Positions 1 to 11,448 of a stretch of DNA of 64,000 bases are shown here, piece by piece (position 1 is the stretch's first letter; every line of letters begins with the position of its first letter). Origin of the DNA: Phyllosticta citribraziliensis (lineage: Eukaryota). Made by a program: the position numbers and the translations under genes. Where the stretch lies: positions 124,001 to 188,000 of the forward strand of contig NW_027117350.1 of the NCBI RefSeq assembly GCF_038025025.1. Reading direction: 5' to 3'. The notes beneath the pieces were generated by a model that saw only the letters and a program-made list of their open reading frames with translations, made no database searches and had not been told where the DNA came from.

Positions 1-1018
1 CAGCGAAGATCATCTGTCACCTCTGGCAAAGATTCTTGAAGAACACAGCAGTGCTTTTCGCAGGGACTTACTCTCCGTTCGCAGCTGATGCAAAGAGAGT
101 CACGGCAATTTGCTGTGACGCTGCTTGTCGGTAACTCCTTATCACTGATGTACGCCCAATCACCACCGTGCAAGTCAAGAGCACGGATCCTCGATCCGGT
201 GTTGCGCATTGGACGCCAGTTCAAGAACTCCTCTTTTCTTGAAAGTCCAACCAGGCTCTTTTGATACGCTGCTGAAACTGGGCGGTTTCTATTGACATGA
301 TCCCAAGGCTCATTGCAACAGCGGAACACTCTAATCGTCTCCTAGTTGTCTTCGGATTGGACGAAGCTGTTCTCTGGCACTTCCAAGTCCGTCCATATCC
401 GCGCGGCGATAGATCTACAAAGCATACTTAGTTGCAACATGGTAAGGCTCCTGCTTTGCGCTTCATGAAGACGGGTTGACGAATAACCTCGGACCATCCG
501 GTGGCGGATATCACCGGAAAATCTGGCGGTGGAAGAGTCCTGGGACTCTCGGGCAGGTCGACAATTCGTTGTCGGCCTACTCTCACAACGGACTTTGAAA
601 AATCTGGACTATTGCCTGCCTCCGACAACAGCAAAAGGAGCTTGTTGTTGCTACAGTGGAACATGATGAATTTACTTGTAAGCGCGTTGGGAATCTAAGC
701 GTAGTGAGCTAGAAGCTGCACTTTCTACAGCCTCCTCTTATGACGTATCCTCTAACTTGCAGGGTTAGTCTGCCCCCCGCATATATCAAAGAACAAGGCG
801 TGCAAACTTTCTCTTACTCAGAGGTGGGGGCTCGTACGCACGAAATATTTGGGCGGGTACGAATACTTAGCGGGGTTTTGCTCAAGGGACAGCGGCTTGG
901 GTTGCTATAAGCTTTTAAGCTAAATTCTCGGCCCACAGGTATCCGCCTCTTCAAACAACACATTTAACAGCAACACGCACAACACCTTCACTCCAAAATT
1001 TCGGTACCAGCTTTCACA

Positions 1019-2847
1019 ATGTTTCAAGACATACCAGTCACAGTCACATTTGTACTTGCGGCAGTTGTCGCGTGGGTGGCTTACTTCATATACAGACTTG
1101 CCAATGAGGAAATCAAGATAAGGCGCTACGGTGGACATGCACCGAGCATGCAAAAGTGGTGGGATCCTCTCGGTAATTCTGTTCCACCCTGAGGAACCTT
1201 GAACTGACGGGCAACAGGAGCTTCATTCATTTACGGGCTCACGTCCCATTCTCTCCGAGATGAGACGCTGGAATTTTTCCACGATCAGTTTTGTCTCAGT
1301 TCTCACGGGAGAAAACGCCCCTACAATTATGAAGTCAGATTGTGTGGAACGCGGCTCATCTTTACTGCCGACCCTGAAAATGTTAAAGCCATGTTATCAA
1401 CTCAATTCAACGACTACGGAAAGGGGGAGAAAATGAGACAAGATTGGCATGACCTGCTGGGCGAGAGTACGTTTTGTGATTCTTCCGCGAACTACATCGA
1501 CTGACAAAAACCCGCCAGGTATCCTGACTGCAGATGGGCAAAGCTGGCAGAAGTCACGCCAGATTGTGCGCACCTACTTTACCAAGCAAAGGATCAGCGA
1601 CCTAGAATGCTTCGAGAGACACATGCAACGTCTGTTACCGATGCTTAGTGAAGGTGGAGCCGTGGATGTCAAAGACCTCTTGTCCCGGTAAGTCGATCGA
1701 CCTACGGCCCCTGAGACGAATTAGAATTACCAACAGGAATCGGCTTGCAGCTTCGCTCTCGATGCTTCCGCGGAGTTTACCTTTGGCATCGATATCAACT
1801 CGCTTCACGAGCCCAAAACTGAATTTGCGAAGGCTTTTGAGACCATCCGCGCCACCCAAGCACTGATTGAACGCGCCGGGGCGTTCAACTTTCTGGTACG
1901 GCGTGGAGAGTTTCGACGTCAGGTCAAAGTCGCAAAAGACTTCATCGCACACTACGTCCAGGAAGCGTTGGCCCTCTCTCCTGAAGATTTGCAGGAGCGC
2001 GACAAGAAAGACAAGGACTACACGTTTCTGCACGCCTGCCTCACTTCGATCCGAGATAGCACGCGCCTGATTGACGAAATCTTGACCGTTGTGACCGCTG
2101 GACGAGACACGGCCGCCCAGACAATTGCGCTCTGCCTCTTTGAGCTGTCGCGATACCCGGAGTATGTCATTGATATGCGCCGCGAGATCGAGGAACACGT
2201 TGGCTTTGACCGTCCACCGACGTACGCCGAACTCAGAAGCCTGAAGCTGGTGCACAATGCTTTGAACGAGACGCTTCGGCTTTACCCGAGTGTTCCGTTC
2301 AATGCTCGAACTGCGCTGCGAGACACCAGTCTGCCACGCGGGGGCGGTCCACAAGGAGAAGATCCTATCGGCGTCCCCGAGGGAGGCTATGTTGTCTGGT
2401 CAACCCATGTGATGCGTCAGTGTCCTTGACCAGCTCACCACCAGCTTTACCAAGGTTATGCTAACCTTATTTTCAGACCTGAGCCCGGAACTGCACCCTC
2501 CCGAAAGCGAATCATTTCCTCCAGCACATCTCTGGCGGCCTCATCGCTGGGACGATTGGTATCCGGATAATTGGAGCTATCTTCCTTTCAACGCCGGTCC
2601 ACGCATCTGCGTTGGACAGCAGTTCGCCATTACCGAAATGAGTTACGTCGTTGTCCGAATCCTGCAGCAGTACAGTCGGATTGAACTGAAGATGAGAGAA
2701 CCCCAGGAGACGCCGAAAACTCACAAATGGGTGCGCAGAGGCGATGGTCCTGAGCTTGCGGAAAAATTTGCCCAAAGAAGCCCGCAGATGGCAACCGAAA
2801 TCACGATGGCGCCACGATTTGGCATTCAGTTGGCTTTTCATGAGTAG
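1019..2847 (+). CDS. Cytochrome P450, CYP52-clan-like (alkane/fatty-acid hydroxylase type), multi-exon
   Basis: ATG at 1019 with an N-terminal TM anchor ([19 protein letters not shown]); first intron 1173-1217. Motifs: [23 protein letters not shown]-helix AGRDT, ETLR (ExxR), heme motif [13 protein letters not shown]. Stop at 2847. Confidence 0.93.
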
Positions 2848-3066
2848 CTGTACACGCGGCCAATAATTACTTCTTTCTGCCATACCAGTTTGAAAACAAG
2901 CAAATAGTCAAGGTTTTGTTGCGTCAGCTCTTCCTCCACAGTAACTTACCGCTGTTTTCCGCGGCAGGAAAGGGCAGGAAAGCGTTCCGGCAGTTGACAT
3001 GTGCCGAATACAACCCTTACCTTGGCCTCCGCTGTCCCTCGTCTACGATCTATCAAGCGGATCACT

Positions 3067-3801
3067 ATGGAGCCAGCCTCAAAATCCATAACGACGACCT
3101 CTGATACGTCTGCCGGTGCAGCTCTCTATTCGTCCTTCGTCCGTCGCTTCATCTACGATCGCCTCGTACTCGGACTTTATTGCCCCTATGCCTGGGGTTG
3201 CACATTCGCAGAACTTGCTGCGTTCTTCAACGGCCGCGTCGCTACTGCCATATCTCTGTCATCCCCAAAGACTTGCCGTCTACTCGACATCGGGGTCGGG
3301 ACTGGATGCTTCTTGGAACAGGCACCTCTCGATGACGTGAAAGAAGTCGCTCTGCTCGACCTCAACGCCAAATGCTTGAGCGCGGCCGCATCTCGCACCC
3401 GCAAGGCTCACCCTCGGACTGAATGCTCCACGTTTCACGCCGACATTCTTGAACCCATCTCTGCCGAAAAGCTCGGCGGACGCTTCGACGCCATCTCAAT
3501 GATGCTGTTGCTCCATTGTCTCCCAGGTCCTCCATCTCGCAAGGGCACCATGTTGAGACGGCTTAGGGATTTGCTGAACAAAGACGGCGTGCTTTTGGGA
3601 AGTACAGTGCTGGGTAAAGACGTCACGCACAACGTCTTCGGGAAGATCCTCCTGTGGCACATCAACAGGATTGGCGGGTTCGACAATTACGAAGATGATG
3701 TTGCGAGTTTTATCAAGCCGCTTGAGGACGCTTTTGAAAGTGTGAACTGGAGAATTGTTGGGCGAACCTTGCTATTCGAGGCGAGAAAGCCGAAGCTGTA
3801 G
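3067..3801 (+). CDS. Class I SAM-dependent methyltransferase of the type found in fungal secondary-metabolite clusters
   Basis: Intronless ORF with SAM motif LLDIGVGTG and FDAISMMLLLHCLPG. N-terminal YDRLVLGLYCPYAWGC resembles the VrtF/EqxD-like tailoring methyltransferases. Confidence 0.88.
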   Translation: MEPASKSITTTSDTSAGAALYSSFVRRFIYDRLVLGLYCPYAWGCTFAELAAFFNGRVATAISLSSPKTCRLLDIGVGTGCFLEQAPLDDVKEVALLDLNAKCLSAAASRTRKAHPRTECSTFHADILEPISAEKLGGRFDAISMMLLLHCLPGPPSRKGTMLRRLRDLLNKDGVLLGSTVLGKDVTHNVFGKILLWHINRIGGFDNYEDDVASFIKPLEDAFESVNWRIVGRTLLFEARKPKL

Positions 3802-4175
3802 CCACCAGCGGCTGTACTTGGCAAGTCTTTCGTGTGAGGAGATGCGTTGCGGTCGGTGTCTCCAGCATAGTCAATTTGAATAAAAGACTGAAACAAAATC
3901 GAATTGATTTCTTCTGCGCTCAAGGATTCTAGGTTGACCTTACAGACGCTTAACTTAGTCATCAGGTTATGCTTGACGGACCCGGATGTCTTGACGACCC
4001 GCTCCTCAGAAACATGTGGTTTCCCCCACTAAAGCCGCCCCGCGGTGTCTCGGCCGTCTATGATTAGTCTTTTGCGGTTCTACCCTTGGTGCGTCCGCTC
4101 GATTTACATACCTCTAATCCTCGGATTCGCTTTCAGCTTTGACCGCCACAGAATATCTTGCAACCGTTCCGAACA

Positions 4176-5948
4176 ATGTCGTCCTTGTTTTACACTCTGC
4201 TTGTTCCCGTGCTTTCGTACTTTCTATGGAACCTTATTGGAATTATCAAAAACATAAGAAAAGCGCGTGCTATTGGTATTCCTGTCGTATGGAGTCCAGT
4301 ATCGCCAGAAAACCCAATATGGATCATCTGTAGTAAAAAGGTGGCGCCGTACATACGACGGCTGCCTTTTGGTGACTGGACAGACTACAGTACAATCGAC
4401 TGGACCTGGAACGACAGGGAGAACGACTTTAAGGTCCTCCGAAAGTACGGCAAGGTGTTTGCGCATGTCATGCCCGGCAAGCTCGTCATTCGAACTGCGG
4501 ATCCGGCCATGGTCCATAGGGTGCTCAGCGACCGACGAGCCTTTGTGAAGTCTCTTGGTGCAGTATGTAAGTAAAGCGCCAAGGCTGTTAACAGCCATTG
4601 CATAGCTGACGTGACAGACATGCTGGATATCTACGGCCCCAGCGTCGTTTCGCGCGACGGTAACGAGTGGCAGCGCCACCGCAGAATCACGACGCGGTCC
4701 TTCGGAGAGAGCGTCCACCGTATTGCATGGCCAGAAGCTGTGCGGCAGACCGAACAGATGGTCGAACTGTGGTCCCAAGATGAACGTGGATTTAGATCGA
4801 CAGCCAGGGACTTTCCGACGTTGACCCTAAACGTCCTCATGCGCGCTGCTTACGGGGTCCAGTACGATTTCCATGATTCATCAGAAAAAGTTCCACCAAA
4901 AGGCCACAACAGGACCTACCGGGACTGCTTGCGTGAAGTGATGGACATGCGTAATATTGTCCTTCTCAACATTGTGCCTAGCTTCATTTTCAGCTTCCCC
5001 TGGGCACCTCGCCGGCTGCGCAGTCTCCAAACCAGTTCCAGGGAGCTTGAGAAGTATTTAATCGAATCTGTCGTAGCCTGCAGGGAGACTCTGAAGTCCA
5101 GTCCGGACAAGAGCATGAATTTCATGGAGTCCTTGGTCCAAGAAAATCAAGCCACGACATCAAAGTCTGGGGGTCTCAGTGATCGCGAATTGTACGGGAA
5201 TCTCTTCGTATGGACTCTTGGAGGTCACGAAACGACTGCAAATACACTGTTGTTTGCACTGTTCTTGCTGGCGGCCTTTCCGATGGTCCAAGAATGGCTC
5301 TTTGAGGAACTTGACGGCATCGAGCTAGATTACGAATCGTTCCCTCGGATGAAACGTTCTCTAGCCGTCATGGTGAGCCCAAGAGGCACGCCTGTGGAAC
5401 CTGCTGCTGATATCACCTAGCTCGAAACGTTGCGTATGTTTCCGACTATATCCCCCGGTTCGAAAGCAACCGGCGACTGTCCTGTTCCGATGCAGACCAT
5501 GGAAGGCGACACTCTCATCATTCCGCCCCACACGAGTATTACTCCGAACCTTCCGGCACTCCAGGTGCTTCCAGAAGTCTGGGGCCCAGATTCTTTGACG
5601 TGGAGACCGACAAGGTGGCTGGATACCGACGATGGCCAGCTGCGAACACCCGTCGAAGGCTCTTTTGAACCGTGGGGCGATGGCTCACGAGTCTGCCCGG
5701 GAAAAAAGTTTGCGCAAGTGGAGTTTGTCGCAGTCATTTCTTGTATCTTTTCGCGCTACAAGATTGAAGCCGTACCTGAAGGCGAAGAGAGCGCCGAGGA
5801 TGCCAGAGAGAGGGTGTGGAAGGCTGTCAACAAAACTGAGAGCGGCTTGACTTTAAAGGTGGAAAACTCTGAAAGGGTTGCTTTTAAAATTCTGGAAAGG
5901 CGAGCAGCTTCGGGGGAAGCAAATCCCATGGCAGGGGATCATGTGTGA
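4176..5948 (+). CDS. Cytochrome P450 (second, different family), multi-exon
   Basis: TM anchor MSSLFYTLLVPVLSYFLW; EWQRHRR; I-helix GGHETTA; LETLR after an intron at about 5373-5420; WRPTRW (PERF-like); heme motif PWGDGSRVCPG. Confidence 0.93.
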
Positions 5949-7015
5949 TGTTGGCATGGCGCAGCAATGACTTGATTGCTGTGGGAGAGGAGCCACGTTC
6001 GGGCAAAGTCAGCCTAGGATCAATATGCTCGGTGCTATGGGAATCGTCTGGGCCGGTCGGCGTCAGGTTGTCAGGCAAATGACACGATATGGCAAATATG
6101 GGGAGAAGACCGGCCAAGAACCTCAGCGGTAATCACGGCGACGGCAGGCCTTGAGCATGTCGTGGACGCGGCAGGGGAGCTTGTTGATGGCTTCGGCTTG
6201 TCGATACGGCTCATGTTGCGCTGGGAGCAGGAGACGGCATTGAGCTGGCTATGGAGAAAGTTGTGAAGGACAAGAAGAAACGGAAAGCTGTGTTGTCCAG
6301 GTACATGTAGCGAGCGAGGGTGTTGGTGTCGGGGTGATGGGTGTCGATGATGTTTCGGCGGGCGGGCCGCAGCCGAAGAGCGGGTACCTTGGCAATTCCT
6401 TCCTAGGCCGGTGTGATACAAATGGCCCTGCCTTGCCTGCTTGAAGATGATTTCTTCGCCTCTCCCGACCTGCAAACACCCTCCCTCCCTCCTTCTCTGC
6501 CCCCACCACCAAGCCGCTCACTCGCCTTTGTCGTGGCAGCTCTTCTCTACCCTCACGCATCGGAAAACCTTCACGTCACAACTCGTCGCTCACATTGTCC
6601 TGTAAATACCAAGGCGCACTTCTAATGCTAGGAAACTCCGAATCCCCTTCTAATGGCTAGATATGCCATGATGAAACAAAGCGTTCGACGCAAATCGATT
6701 CCGGCTTTTCCACCAACTCATTGCTACACGGTGGCCGTCGCCTGGCTGGTCTGACAATGCTCGCTCCGGAGAAGAAGAGAAAAACCTTGACAGTCTGGAC
6801 TTCGTGGGTTTAAAAGCCGACCGATGTGTTTGACCATCGATTCCCGCTTCTTTTTTGGGCGACAAAGCAGACGGTGGAATTTTCCTTCGACTGCGTTAGT
6901 CCGGTCCCGACGGCGGGTAACGCAGAGTCCTTGAAGAACCTGTTTTTGCGCCATGTGACACTGGACCGGAGAAACTGCAAGGAGCTGGAGTCACACAGCC
7001 CCCCACGCTGATTGC

Positions 7016-8936
7016 TCATTCCGGCCGTTTCTGAGGCGCTGATTTGAGCATTCCCATGGTGTCCTTCCCAATGAGATAAGGCATCTGCTCAAAGACTTCG
7101 GGAGCAAACGACCAATTACTGAGGTTGCCAATGTGTTCCTTGAAGGCCGCCGAAAGGACGAACTTTCCTGACTCTGGCTCACAGTAAAACATACGAGAGT
7201 CCTCCAACGTCCAGTTGATGGAGAGGTGATTGAAAAGATCTCCAGACATGTATAGCTCGGGGTTGTGTAGGAAAAAATCTCGAACTGCTGGCCTGCTCTT
7301 TGTCAGCCCGGACCTCCTTCCTGTGGACTTTTGGACCTTACCATGGCAAAATATCGATGGTGAGATCGTGTGGTATCACTTTCTGGAATTGAGTCGGCTG
7401 TATCCATCGAGGGAGCCTTTCCAGGTTTTCCCGACTTGGCCAGATTTGCCACTGTCGTGTGGTCAACACCATGCGCTTGGACAGCACTTTTCCAAGCCCC
7501 GACTTATCATCAACTCACCTGCATCCAGTCTTTTACGAGTTCAGCTACCGCAAGTTTTTCGGCCAGTCCGGCGGCGGAGAAGAAGACGTTGACCACTCGG
7601 GGGACCCAAGTTGTCAGCGATTGCTCTTGAGAAAAGCCCGTTTCACCGCCCAGGATCGCATCAATCTCGTTGCTGTCCGAGCCGAACACTTTTTGAGACG
7701 AGTCGCCGTCGGCTCTCTGCGCTCGCTTGCTGTCTCGATACATGGCAAACACGTACGTGATCGGGCTCACATTCGTCGTGCCTGGCGAAACGGGAGTGTC
7801 GAAGCCCATGACTGAATGGTGGGCCGAAAGATCAGCGGCACTGGATGCCATGATGTTTTGTTTGCTGCTGAAGCTCTCGTCAGCAGCCGCCAATTTCGAC
7901 CTGTCAACTCCAATCACCTTTCTGCCGACAACACCGCTGGACCAGCCGAGTCTTCTCTGTATGGAGAGACGTTTGGATTTGGAGAGAAAGTGCCGTCGGG
8001 GATCCAAACGCCGCTATCACCAGTTCCAAGGAGAGAATGAGCCGTCCAGGTGTGATTCTACGATTACTGTTAGACGATTTCGCAATCTTTCCAAGGCCTC
8101 AACACACCTCGCTCGCCGTTGGAATAGCGTTTTCGAACCCGGGGCTGACATTCTGATCAAATTCTGGGTAATATTGTGTGACATCTTCGGGGCTTTCGGA
8201 GAGGTCATTCTTGCTGTCGGAATTCTCTCCTGCGGATTCGGCTGTGGGAGTTGAGCCTTCAGCTTGCGGCGCATCCACCTTGGATCCTCCAAGCATTTTG
8301 CGAATTTCATCGGCCGAATGTTCAGAGAATCCGCGTTTTGAGATTTCGAAAGCGAGCTTTGTTGCTGCCTCACGCTGGGACGAGGTTGCGAGCAGAGGAA
8401 GAACCGACTTGACCTCTTCAAGTTCTTGCTCAAGTTTCTTTACATTAACGCGCAGCGTCCCTTGCCATCTGTGCTCCTGCCGCATGTCGTAGCTACAAGC
8501 GGAGCCTTTGAGGGCACATGTGTTGCAGACGGGTTGCAATCCATTGCACTGTGAGATGTGGTCAGTCAGTACACGAGAGCAAAAAGGACGCGGCAAGTCG
8601 CACCTTGCTCTTTCGCTTCTTGCATGGCACACAAGCGATGGCGGTGATGCGGCCTCGTTTGGAACCGAGCTTGGGTGTTGTGGTGGTTGGAGACGGAGTG
8701 TTGTCCGAGGACTGCGAGGACAGCTGCGGAGGCGACGGGCCGACCAGGATAGGTCTAAACATTTGCCGCTGGTGGTACGCGGGCATGTCGCGTCCCTGAC
8801 TGGAAAAGTTCGAGTTTTTGCTGACTCGGTCCTGGTGGATGGAGGAGGTCGAAGGGAGACGTGCGGCCAACCGGTTCGCGATGCTGATGTGCTCGAGGAG
8901 ATGCCGAGGGACAGATGCCGACGACGGTGGCAGCAC
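7016..8936 (-). CDS. Zn2Cys6 transcription factor with C-terminal DUF3425-like domain, multi-exon
   Basis: Spliced cluster ACVPCKKRKSK|CNGLQPVCNTCALKGSACSY followed by a coiled coil. Downstream exons splice in frame to WIQPTQFQKVIPHDLTIDILPW|PAVRDFF...NWSF, a DUF3425-type signature. Stop at 7016. Confidence 0.85.
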
Positions 8937-11448
8937 TGAGTCTGTGGGAAGTTCTACGCATTTTCACGTCAGTACTTGGAGTTGACAGCAAGCAGGCCAT
9001 GTATTGGGCACCAGCGGACGCGGGCAGTCCCCAGCGTCGCGCCTCACGAAGCCAGAGCATCGGGCGTCGTACAGGCACGGCTCGCTCACGCTAAGCCAAC
9101 AAGCCAGGCACTGCGCTCTGGACCTCTTACCTGGGACCATGCCACTGTCGGAGTGGTCTAGGGCGGTGCCGCGGTGCGTAGCCCGGGTTTGACTGCTGCC
9201 GCCAGAGGAGGTGCTGTTGGCGGCGACTGCGACCGCGCGCCCTTGCGTGGAAATTGCGATATCACGACACACAAGACTGCGCCGCCCACGCTGTCAACAT
9301 TAGCAGCCAACCGGCCGGTCAGGCGCTCACCACCAGAGTCGAGAGCGATGGCAGGGAATGGGTCGCGGAGTTGCTTCCTACCAAGCGTCGGCGGCCAGGA
9401 GCGGTCAATGGCAAGACAGGTTGATGGCGGCATTGGACGGCAACGGGATCCAAGAGGGGGCAGAGGTTTAAAAACAAACGGCCACGCGCTTCTGCCGGAC
9501 CTAGATCCTTACCGCGTTCCAGCTCAACATGCGGCAGCCAGGTATAGGTAGCAGACTGACAGCAGCTCCAGTCCAGCTCCAGCGTCGCTCCCGCCTTACC
9601 ACGGCATGCTGCTCTACGCTGCCCGCTACGCGCCTGGGCACAGGTCTAGCGCGAGCATCAACTGCTCTGCTCTCGCTTTGTCTCTGCCTGTCCATTACTC
9701 GCTCCCTCTTCGTCGCCTCGCCTCCGCTGCCTCGGGCCCGCATGACGCGGTTGCAGTATCAGCTTCGCACTTTCAGCCTTGGCCTCTGCTACATGTGATG
9801 GCCGATGTCGTCGTCTTCCGACCTCTATGGTCGGCTTCTGTGCCAAGTCGTGTCCGCCGGTCAAACTCTAAACTCTATCCGCCTGGCCGACCCCGTCCCG
9901 GCCTGTCACCATGTTTTGTTTTTGGCCTGCGCTGTCCACGCCCGCGCGCGCTTTGTCATCTCATCGAGTAAGTCCTTTGCAGCCATCGGGGTCCGTTCGC
10001 CCTGGTCGGCGCGAGTCGACAGCCATGCACCGTGATGAGAGCTGATGTGGGTCGGCTGGTCTGGTGCGCCAAGGGCCAGAAAGCTTGTGATCACTTATCA
10101 CTGCTCCCCGTGGACCCTGAGGCTGTAGTCAGAGCCCGCGACCTGGCTTTGGAGCAACCTTTTCACAGTCGGTCAACGAGAGTCCCCCACGGCACTGGCG
10201 GTCGATGTCCAGCCGACCCGTCAGTCTCGGATTCAGAAGACGTGATTGGCTGAGCTTGTAAAGTAGCAGCTGCGCTACTAACTTTAGCCCAGTGAGCGAC
10301 AAGTCCCTGCATATGGGGGGCTGTGAAGATTTCTACGTTTCTTCTGTTGTGCTTGTTGAGGAAATCTTTCTGCGATTAAGCCCAGCTATTCTCTCTAAAC
10401 CATCTACAAAGTGAGGCTTGGTCTGATGTGTGTTTAAAGGATACTGCTGTAACACCGCAATCTATCCTGTCAGATCTCCGTAGTAACTGTTTCTTTTTCT
10501 GCCGGGACCTTGAGGATTCCTGCGCCCACGAGTAGATACACAAGTGACTAGCGCAATCCGGGTGGCGAGAATCTTGCTGCAGGCAAACACGATGCCGATA
10601 AGCAAACGAATCTATCCACAATGATCCACCTCGTTCGGACCTTAGCTTCTGGCCATGGACCAGCGCGAGAACCCGGCGAGGTCAGATGGGCCCTTCAGTA
10701 AACACAGACACTTGACTTTCTCCAGACGCACAGTCGCTCCAGCAATCCGGGGAGCGTGCCAGGAGAAACTCTTTAATTGCTGCTGCCCAATACTAGTCAC
10801 CCGTGGCATGGCGACCTTTCTGGCAGTTGTTCCAGGCACCTGGACCATAACAAACGTGATATTATTGTCCAGTCCGACCAAAACCTTGAGATTAAGTCTC
10901 AACCATCCGTGTCCAATACTCTCGCCATTAAGTGACTCTGTTCAGAGTTGCCCAGGAACAGTCAAAGGTTGGGCCGTGGTTGGGCGAAGACGGAGTGTTA
11001 AACATGTGGCAGTGCTTGGTTGCTATCTTGGCTGATACAATCTATGCACATGCGAAGACTTGCAACGAAGGAATGTCGTTGTTGGGCGGGGCATCAACGC
11101 GACTGCTACGCGGAACTGGTGGTCTGCTAGACGAAAGTGCCTGCCGTAAGGCCTTCTCGTTGCTTTAACATGCCCATCTCAATGCCTGAGCAAACCAACT
11201 GTACATGTATGTATGTCTTAATCGCCATTGACGCTATCCGCTATCTATGTTACAGTAGCAACTCCCATTACCCAAACCCAATGCTGTGAAAGAGGAGTAC
11301 TCGAGATGACCTCCGCAATGTACCACTCAGACCATCAACCCCGAATTTCGCCATTTTGTGCCTTTTCTGGCATTTGGGATGATTCTGCCTGCAGCAGAGC
11401 TGTGCCTCACTAAACCAACTATGATACAATGAAAGGACCAGAGCCGAC

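Noticed and set aside
6071..6954. Small ORFs between the second P450 and the TF
   Set aside because: Low-complexity translations in several frames; more likely UTR or intergenic DNA.
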